Below, piece by piece: positions 56,663 to 64,000 of a DNA stretch of 64,000 nucleotides (the first letter of the stretch is position 1; every line of letters starts with the position of its first letter). The position numbers and the translations under genes are program-made. The stretch lies in IMG/VR virus record IMGVR_UViG_3300020084_000003, positions 1-64,000 of that record; one strand, given 5' to 3'. Under the pieces are notes generated by a model. It was not told the DNA's origin and searched no databases. It was given only the letters and a program-made list of their open reading frames with translations.

Positions 56663-58057
56663 GTGGCAAACACAATGAGAGCAATAGGTAGTTGTGATGT
56701 TGAAGCAGCTACCCTATTTTCATATGACAATACAAATATAGTTGATATTAAATTCCTAATTGCCAATGTCAGCATTAGTGAAAGTATCAATAGAACAAAC
56801 ATGTCTGTGTATATTGATGTTTTGGATACGCAAGGTATCTTAAACCATTTCCCAATTGTCGGTGAAGAAACGTTGTTTCTGGAAATTAACGATGCTTATA
56901 CAAATACTACAACAAAGTTGGAGCTATCTGTAGTTGCCGTCACCAATATAAAAATCTTGGAAAAGAACGATGGTCTTTCCTATCGGCTTGAACTTATATC
57001 TAAAACTTCTTTCAAATCAAAATTGAGAAGAGTTTTGGCATCATTCGAAAAGCCAACATTTGAAATCGTAATAGATATTTTCAATCAAACATTTGAGAAT
57101 ATAGTGCAAAATTCTGATACCGTTGAATTTAGTGATAGATTAAGAGAAGAGATGAGAAACATCATCGGCACAAGCGGTGAGTTTGGCACATCTGAGTATA
57201 CCATTTTCAACATACCTGACGGAAGATCATTTACTGTTGAAAAAACAGACGCGGAAGTGAGATGCTTGATACCAAACTATACGCCTGAACAGGCAATGAT
57301 GTATCTCGCATCTATTTCTCTGAACCAAACCAGTAGCCCATCATGCAGCTTCAAGTTTTTCGAAACTAAAAGCGGATATTTCTTTGTTACAGATGAATTT
57401 CTAATCAGACAGGCGACACAAGAAGAAAATGAAAGTAGAATAAAACCTCTACACTACTCTAGCACAACTAGCAGAAACCCGGAAGCATTTGAAATACAAG
57501 CAAATAAACTAAAGAGTATTTCAGTTCTTAGATATGCGGACACAATGGCAGATTTATATTCTGGCGCATACAACACAAGAATAGTATCACTTGATGTTCT
57601 ATACGGAATAGCAGAAAATCTTAGATTTAACAATGAAAATGCAAAAGATACTTTTAGTGGCATAGACGTTAACGCAAAAGAAAAGCACAGTGATTCCTTT
57701 ATTGAAAACATTTTCATAGAGGAAAATGAGAGGGTTCTTACTTTCGTTAAAAACTATGACACATACGGCAACATACAAATTAAGGGCGATCAGTTTATCC
57801 CAGAAATATCATTGAACCGATCTTCATATTCTCATAGAATGAACAGCACCGTATTGTCCGCAGTTATTGATGGTCGTCTGGACATATCCGCAGGGGATGT
57901 GGTATACCTTAATTTGAACGAAATGACTTCTGCCGAGGAAAGAGAAAAGGACACCAAATTTTCTGGAAGATATTTGGTGTCAGATGTTGAGAACAATATT
58001 AAAGGTAAGACCTTGGAAACTAAAATGAAATTAATTAAGTATGGATGGGAAGACTAA
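56663..58057 (+). CDS. baseplate hub protein (gp27-like)
   Basis: 464 aa between gp53 and gp5; FPIVGEE, F.FFE, AGD, SGRYLV. Confidence 0.7.
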   Translation: MANTMRAIGSCDVEAATLFSYDNTNIVDIKFLIANVSISESINRTNMSVYIDVLDTQGILNHFPIVGEETLFLEINDAYTNTTTKLELSVVAVTNIKILEKNDGLSYRLELISKTSFKSKLRRVLASFEKPTFEIVIDIFNQTFENIVQNSDTVEFSDRLREEMRNIIGTSGEFGTSEYTIFNIPDGRSFTVEKTDAEVRCLIPNYTPEQAMMYLASISLNQTSSPSCSFKFFETKSGYFFVTDEFLIRQATQEENESRIKPLHYSSTTSRNPEAFEIQANKLKSISVLRYADTMADLYSGAYNTRIVSLDVLYGIAENLRFNNENAKDTFSGIDVNAKEKHSDSFIENIFIEENERVLTFVKNYDTYGNIQIKGDQFIPEISLNRSSYSHRMNSTVLSAVIDGRLDISAGDVVYLNLNEMTSAEEREKDTKFSGRYLVSDVENNIKGKTLETKMKLIKYGWED

Positions 58058-59877
58058 TGGCTGGTTTTAGTAATTTAGTATTTTTTATCGGAGTAGTTGA
58101 AAATAACTATGATGAAAGGCTTGAAGGTAGAGTTCAGGTTAGAGCTTTCGGTTTTCATGGGACAGTCGATCAGATACCAACAAGAGATTTGCCTTGGGCA
58201 ATACCAATTGCTACAGGATATGATGTAAACTATCCAATACCCCCGTTGAATTCTTGGGTATTTGGATTTTTCATGGATGGTCATGCAGCGCAGCAACCAA
58301 TGCTTTTAGGTATAATGCCAACTCAATTTGTAGAACCAATAAATCCAGAGGTTAATGGATGGGGCGTCATAGATGCGATGGACTACGATATTAGAGCAAA
58401 AGGTTTTAGACCGCAAGACGCTGGACAACCGCAAAACTCACGATTGGCTAGAGGTGAAAATCTAGAACAAACTTACAACTCTGACGTTGAAATAACCAAA
58501 GTTAGTGATGTTGTGAGTTCAAGCGGAGAAACTTGGTCTGAACCGGGATCAGCATACAGAGCAAGATATCCATATAATAGAGTTATTGAAACCGCATCCG
58601 GTCATTCAATAGAATTGGATGATACACCCGGTGGCGAAAGAATAATGATTTATCATAACAGCGGTTCATATGTTCAAGTTGATCCTGTCGGAACATCTAC
58701 GTATAAGTCCACAGGTGACAAATTTGATGTAAATGAAAGTAATATGCACGTCTATGTTGGCGGCAAATCTGACGTTACTATTTTGGGAGATTGCTATCTT
58801 AGAGTTGAAGGATCACGCTCAGAAGAAATAATGGGAGATAGCAGAACCATAGTTCACGGAAATTATGAATTGAACGTTGGTGGTTTTGCCAATATGAATG
58901 TCTCGGATGAAATGCAAATGCGTGGAGCAAGAGTAGCACTGGAAGCAAAAGTTGAAGATGTTAATATTCTTGCCGCAAAGAATTTGAACATGACAGGAAA
59001 GAAAAGTGCATCTGTAAATTCAGAAAAATCAGTATCGGTTCAGTCTAACGAGGTATTGGGTATTAAATCGCAAAATACATCAATGGAATCTGAAACTGCG
59101 ATAAATATGAAATCCGAAAGGATCAATATTGGCGGCGGCTCAAAAATCAGCCTTAACGCTTCACTAGTTTCTATTGATGATTATGTTAACTTGTCAACTG
59201 GCGATTCTGATGAACCAGAAAGCTCATTTGACGGTGTAATTGCTGATTCTGTGCAAATGACTGAACCTACCAGTAAATCAGTCTCAGGAATTGCTACCAT
59301 AGGTGGAGGCGGTGGTTCAGGTGGCGGTTCTGCCGGTGTTGTCGGCCCTACATCCTTTGAGGGAATTCCAGAAGATTTCTCTAGCAGCTTTACGTCAGAC
59401 TGTTCAACTGACCTTGTAGATAGTTTAAAAACAGAAGAGAGATTTTCTCCGAAAGCATATTGGGATTACAAGCAGTGGAGTATCGGATACGGCATTGCAA
59501 CTGACAACCCCAATGAAGTCATAAGCGAAGAAGAAGCAACTAGAAGATTGGCTGCAAGAGTTTCTACTGATAGAAATTACGTTGCAAGTTATGGCAGAAG
59601 CAGGGGTTATAACTGGAATGATTGTCAGGTTGACGCCTTGACTTCATTTGTTTATAATTTGGGGAGAGGTCAACTTGAAAACGTGACTGCATCTGGCAGA
59701 AGATCAAACGATGAGATTGCCCGTGCAATGTTAGAATATAATGGAACTGTTAAAAATGGCGTCAAGCAAGTCCTTCCCGGCCTTGTAAAAAGAAGAAGAT
59801 CAGAATCAGATTGGTTCAAAAGTGGCTCTGGCATAAAGGTAGAACCTGATGTTAACGACGATGGAGTTATGGTATAA
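58057..59877 (+). CDS. gp5: central spike protein with OB fold, beta-helix and C-terminal GH24 lysozyme
   Basis: GRVQVRAFG.H, LPWA, YPYNRV.ET.SGH..E.DDTPG.ER; C-terminal EERF..AYWD..SIGYG..DAL.SF.YNLG..GLVKRR. Confidence 0.9.
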   Translation: MAGFSNLVFFIGVVENNYDERLEGRVQVRAFGFHGTVDQIPTRDLPWAIPIATGYDVNYPIPPLNSWVFGFFMDGHAAQQPMLLGIMPTQFVEPINPEVNGWGVIDAMDYDIRAKGFRPQDAGQPQNSRLARGENLEQTYNSDVEITKVSDVVSSSGETWSEPGSAYRARYPYNRVIETASGHSIELDDTPGGERIMIYHNSGSYVQVDPVGTSTYKSTGDKFDVNESNMHVYVGGKSDVTILGDCYLRVEGSRSEEIMGDSRTIVHGNYELNVGGFANMNVSDEMQMRGARVALEAKVEDVNILAAKNLNMTGKKSASVNSEKSVSVQSNEVLGIKSQNTSMESETAINMKSERINIGGGSKISLNASLVSIDDYVNLSTGDSDEPESSFDGVIADSVQMTEPTSKSVSGIATIGGGGGSGGGSAGVVGPTSFEGIPEDFSSSFTSDCSTDLVDSLKTEERFSPKAYWDYKQWSIGYGIATDNPNEVISEEEATRRLAARVSTDRNYVASYGRSRGYNWNDCQVDALTSFVYNLGRGQLENVTASGRRSNDEIARAMLEYNGTVKNGVKQVLPGLVKRRRSESDWFKSGSGIKVEPDVNDDGVMV

Positions 59878-61532
59878 TGGCAGCTATATGCGATAAGAAC
59901 GTAGTAAATAAAGCAATCAATGAGGTTTCAGACAGATTGATTGCGGAATACAATAATTATGTTTCTAGTGGAGATACTGCCGCCAGAAGCCCAGAGAAGG
60001 TCAATCTATTGTATGAAAACACTGCATTGTTCAACGATTTTATCAATAGACCGGAAGTAAAGCAAAAGATTGTAGAAGAGGTTTATCCAAATATAATTGC
60101 CAGAACTGTTCAAAACGTATTCGTAACTCCATATGAAATAGATACAATGATAAATCAGTCTCTTGCAATTAAACCCGCAACAATATTCGAGGGTGTATAC
60201 ACAGAAGATTCTTACAATGAATATAAAAACATCGTAAGACAGCCTGTTGTGACGGATGGAAACACTTCAAATAATGGTGGGGTTGGCTCTGGTTCTGGTA
60301 ATACTGGCAGCACAGGTGATTCTGATGGCGTAGACTTTTCAGACATATTGATAATAAAGCCAAACGATCCTAAGATAGACGTTATTTTAAATGAATACGA
60401 GTATTACCTTGGAAACAATTTCAAGAGTAGATCATCCCTGAGTTCATTTTGTGATATGGCTCCGAGTATATTTGAGAAAATACAAAGAGTTACAGATGTA
60501 TTCAAGGGTTTCAAAAGACTAGCGGGTAAAATATCCAGCACCTTTTCAAAAATAAGTAGTGGCATTGCCTCTACCACATTTTCACAACTTAAAAATATCG
60601 TCACAGACCATGTTAAGATAGTTTTCGAAAGAGAGTTGAACAGGCTTAAAAATTTCTCATTTAAACTTGTCACAAATTCAAAAAGCATGTCCAAGAGAGT
60701 TGCCACCAAAACCAGCAAGTTGCTGGAAGACGCGAGAGCTTTTTTCACAGAAGAGAACATGAATGAGATACAAGATAGCATCAAAGCTCAAGTTGAATAT
60801 GTTCTAGATTTCTTTAAAGAACCTAGTATAGAAGAAATTCAATATATCGTATATCGCTTCTGCACACTTTTGACAACACTGGATCATGTTTTCAAGGCAA
60901 AAATATCACCATTGAAACAGGTAATTCAATCTCACGATGAGACAAGGCTTGCTCTTGAAGCGACAAGTGGCATGGCAACATCCAGAGCCATAAGAGCGGG
61001 TGCGTTCAGATTGCCGCCACAGCAATATGATGCAACAAGATCATCCTATTCTTCAAGATTAAAAAGTGTGAGTGACCAAGTTGGATCAAATTATAATCCA
61101 AATACCATTACTATAACGCCGGAAGATTTGGACGGGGTTACACCTTGGAACAATGGAAATGGAGATTCCAGAATTGGTTTTAATGGTCAATGGGTCACAA
61201 AACTAGGTGCGATTGGATGGACAGGGGTTAAACCTGAAATAAGAATTATGATAATGCAAGTTCAGGCTGAATTTGGAAAGAGACTGATTATAAACAGTGG
61301 CCTTCGCCCTGAATGGTATAATAGAACAATTCCAAACGCTGCTAAAAGAAGCTTGCACATATCTGGTGTTGCGTTGGACGTTACATGGGCTGGTTTTAGT
61401 GGATCAAATAGCACAGAAGGCAGACGTTTTATAAGTATATGTAGAAAATATGGGTTCACAGGATTTGGTCTTGGATATAGCTCTTTCATACACGTCGATA
61501 CCGGTAATAGAAACTTCGGAGGAAGATCATAA
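59877..61532 (+). CDS. baseplate-associated protein with C-terminal M15 zinc peptidase
   Basis: INSGLR, SLHISG.ALD, FIHVD. Confidence 0.78.
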   Translation: MAAICDKNVVNKAINEVSDRLIAEYNNYVSSGDTAARSPEKVNLLYENTALFNDFINRPEVKQKIVEEVYPNIIARTVQNVFVTPYEIDTMINQSLAIKPATIFEGVYTEDSYNEYKNIVRQPVVTDGNTSNNGGVGSGSGNTGSTGDSDGVDFSDILIIKPNDPKIDVILNEYEYYLGNNFKSRSSLSSFCDMAPSIFEKIQRVTDVFKGFKRLAGKISSTFSKISSGIASTTFSQLKNIVTDHVKIVFERELNRLKNFSFKLVTNSKSMSKRVATKTSKLLEDARAFFTEENMNEIQDSIKAQVEYVLDFFKEPSIEEIQYIVYRFCTLLTTLDHVFKAKISPLKQVIQSHDETRLALEATSGMATSRAIRAGAFRLPPQQYDATRSSYSSRLKSVSDQVGSNYNPNTITITPEDLDGVTPWNNGNGDSRIGFNGQWVTKLGAIGWTGVKPEIRIMIMQVQAEFGKRLIINSGLRPEWYNRTIPNAAKRSLHISGVALDVTWAGFSGSNSTEGRRFISICRKYGFTGFGLGYSSFIHVDTGNRNFGGRS

Positions 61533-61958
61533 ATGGCATTACCTAGAATACATAATAAAGTAGAAGTAAAGCGAGATGCAATCTATAGAGATTTTAATTC
61601 TACTATGGACAAAAATCTTATAACCAATGATATTCCCGCCTTGAGTGATGTTGATGCGGTAAAATCTAGTATGAAGAATATTCTTCTTACAGACAGAGGA
61701 ACTAGAGTATTTAATCCCAACTTTGGTGGAAATATCAGGAAATTCTTATTTGAGAATAAATTTTCTCCTGCGTTGACTAAATTAGTCGAAGAAGAAGTGA
61801 TAAGAGCAATAAATACCTATGAACCAAGAGTCACATTGGAAAGTGTAGAGTGTATTATGCCAATGGATGACAATATAATGCGTGTGATTATAAACTTTTA
61901 TATCATAAACAATGAGCAAATGCAGTCAACTACAATAACAATGGAAAAGATTAGATGA
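61533..61958 (+). CDS. gp25: baseplate wedge subunit
   Basis: AVK.S.KNILLT..G.R.FNP.FG, YEPRV. Confidence 0.93.
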   Translation: MALPRIHNKVEVKRDAIYRDFNSTMDKNLITNDIPALSDVDAVKSSMKNILLTDRGTRVFNPNFGGNIRKFLFENKFSPALTKLVEEEVIRAINTYEPRVTLESVECIMPMDDNIMRVIINFYIINNEQMQSTTITMEKIR

Positions 61959-63778
61959 CAAATAATTTAGACACTTCTTCACTAGATTTCCAAAATTACA
62001 AATCTAGTATCAAGACATTTTTGAAAAATCAATCTCAATTCAAAGATTACGACTTTGAAGGCTCAAACATGTCTGTCTTGATAGACATTTTGGCATATAA
62101 CACTTTCCACAATGCGTTTTACAATAACATGGCGCTATCTGAGATGTTTCTTGATAGCGCACAGCTACGTTCTGCGATAACCTCTCATGCTAAATCTTTG
62201 AACTATCTCCCAAGATCAAAAAGATCAGCAACCGGTTCTCTTAAAGTCTCAATAGAAGTCGAAGATGGCGCACCATTCGTCACAATTCCTGCTAGAACTG
62301 TTTTCAATTCACCAAATTCAAATGGTAGAAGCTTCAAATTTTATACAATGGAAGCGCATACCATAACCCCTCATAACGGGATATACACTTCGGATGAGAT
62401 ACCCGTTTTTGAAGGTAATATGAAAACAGAGAAATTTTTCATATCAGACGATTTGAATAAAAAGTATCCTGTCGGTGCGGTCGATGTTGACACCACATCG
62501 TTGAAGGTATTCATCACAAATAACGATGGCATAGAAGAAGAATATATACTGGCAGAGAGCATTTATCAAATAACAGATAAAAGTAAGGTGTATTACTTGC
62601 AATTATCAAATGATACATACGAGATTTATTTTGGCATGAATGTCTTTGGACGTGCGCCAGACGTAAACTCAGTAATGCGTATAGAATATATTGTAACAAA
62701 TGGTGAAGACGCCAACGGTGTTTGTGAATTTTATTCTCAATCAAGAATAGACGGATATAAAGTTTCTCAGGTAACTCCGATCAATGTGGCGCACGGTGGA
62801 TCAAATGCAGAAAGCAATGAATCTATTAAAAAGAGCGCACCTAGATCATACCAGATGCAAGACAGGGCAATCTCTGAAAGCGATTATGTTAATATATTGA
62901 AAGATAAATTTCCAGAAGTCCAATCTATATCAGTCATTGGTGGTGAGCAACTAAGCCCGCCTGTATATGGAAGAGTTTTCATTTATGTTGATGCCAAAGG
63001 TATCGACGGCATTTCTAGTAACTTGAAAGATAAGATAAGAAACTTTATAACACCAAGAATGCCGGTGGGAATATCCGTTGACATAGAAAATCCAAACTTC
63101 TTCTTCCTTGAAGTTGTTTCTGAGGCTATATATGACGGCAAGGTAACAAACAAGTCAAAAGCAAATATCACCAAAGCTGTTTATGACAATATTAAATCCT
63201 ATGTGAATGAGAATGTAAGTGAATTTGGAATTACTTTTTATCATTCAAAAATGGAAAATGCTGTCAATAACTCAGACGGTGCTATTTTGTCTAACATGAC
63301 AAGCGTTCGCATATACAGTGAGCATGAGCTTCTAGTTGGGATCAGAAACGATTTCATCATTAATTTCGGAATGGAATTGACTCCGATAAGCGATTATGCT
63401 TATAGAGCATTTGCATCTGAAAATCCAAATATGACAAATCTTCCAGATTTGAATAGAAACTCAAATAGCAGACCTCCCACAGTTTCTTCTAGCCCATTTA
63501 CATATGGTGGTCTAGTTGCATATATTAGAGATAATGGTTCAGGAACATTACAAGTTGTTAGAAGCGTAGGTAATAGAGAAATAGTTATCAATAAAAATAT
63601 TGGAACAGTTGATTATAAAACCGGAAGAGTTAGAATAAATAAGCTTATAACTCAGGGATATAATGGCTCTGGCGTTAAATTTTACGCAGTTCCTAAGAGT
63701 AGAGATTTCTCAATACCTAAAAATACATTACTTTCAATAAGAAATGAGGATTTGAGAGTAACCGCAAAAACTAATTAA
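61955..63778 (+). CDS. gp6: baseplate wedge subunit
   Basis: LDF...K..IKTFLK.QSQFKDYDFEGSN.SVL.D.LAYNT, QDRA....DY. Confidence 0.95.
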   Translation: MTNNLDTSSLDFQNYKSSIKTFLKNQSQFKDYDFEGSNMSVLIDILAYNTFHNAFYNNMALSEMFLDSAQLRSAITSHAKSLNYLPRSKRSATGSLKVSIEVEDGAPFVTIPARTVFNSPNSNGRSFKFYTMEAHTITPHNGIYTSDEIPVFEGNMKTEKFFISDDLNKKYPVGAVDVDTTSLKVFITNNDGIEEEYILAESIYQITDKSKVYYLQLSNDTYEIYFGMNVFGRAPDVNSVMRIEYIVTNGEDANGVCEFYSQSRIDGYKVSQVTPINVAHGGSNAESNESIKKSAPRSYQMQDRAISESDYVNILKDKFPEVQSISVIGGEQLSPPVYGRVFIYVDAKGIDGISSNLKDKIRNFITPRMPVGISVDIENPNFFFLEVVSEAIYDGKVTNKSKANITKAVYDNIKSYVNENVSEFGITFYHSKMENAVNNSDGAILSNMTSVRIYSEHELLVGIRNDFIINFGMELTPISDYAYRAFASENPNMTNLPDLNRNSNSRPPTVSSSPFTYGGLVAYIRDNGSGTLQVVRSVGNREIVINKNIGTVDYKTGRVRINKLITQGYNGSGVKFYAVPKSRDFSIPKNTLLSIRNEDLRVTAKTN

Positions 63779-63791
63779 TGGATAATGAAAT

Positions 63792-64000
63792 ATGAACAAA
63801 CATGATGTGTCTCAATATATAAGACAGCAATTCCCCACTGCTTATGAGGAAGGTGGAGAAGGTTTTATAGCATTCGTTGAAGCTTATTACGAATATTTGG
63901 ATCAGAATCATTTCAAAAATAGAACTATGATTGAAAGTATTGATCTAGACACAACACTAGATGAGTTCGTAGTTCATTTCAAAGAAACATATCTAAAGGA
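63792..64000 (+). CDS. baseplate wedge protein (gp7-like), truncated by the window end
   Basis: MNKHDVSQYIRQQFP..F..FVEAYYEYLD; follows gp6. Confidence 0.65.
   Translation, partial: MNKHDVSQYIRQQFPTAYEEGGEGFIAFVEAYYEYLDQNHFKNRTMIESIDLDTTLDEFVVHFKETYLK

Overview
A 64 kb segment of a large, AT-rich T4-like (Tevenvirinae-type) myovirus genome. Core T4 modules: topoisomerase (gp52 and fused gp39+60), uvsW/uvsY/gp3, gp55-gp47-gp46-gp43-cd-gp45-gp44-gp62-regA, and the tail/baseplate block (gp29-like, 51, 26, 54, 2, 4, 48, 53, hub, 5, 25, 6, start of a gp7-like gene). Between them are large accessory regions dominated by tRNA/RNA maintenance functions: CCA-adding enzyme with HD domain, TilS, Sir2, two Pol-beta nucleotidyltransferases, a deaminase, a DUF2828/TROVE-like vWA protein, an HNH-RNA-ligase fusion, kinase, phosphoesterase, HAD, NADAR and ATP-grasp proteins. 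There are four tRNA genes (Ile-GAU, Tyr-GUA, Glu-UUC and an atypical long-arm Lys-CUU). The most striking element is a 138-nt CCA-ended RNA gene (26580-26717). It has a tRNA body whose anticodon loop holds a 51-nt second tRNA-like module with its own T-loop, and removing that module exactly would restore a 7-nt Lys(UUU) loop. Other notable items: an iteron/mini-hairpin origin-like region with divergent promoters (9701-10008), two apparently catalytically dead nucleotide-pool enzymes, a periplasmic copper chaperone, and a gp5 with lysozyme at the C-terminus. All product calls come from motif recognition by eye; no database searches were run. The host is not determinable, although a proteobacterium is plausible (inference).
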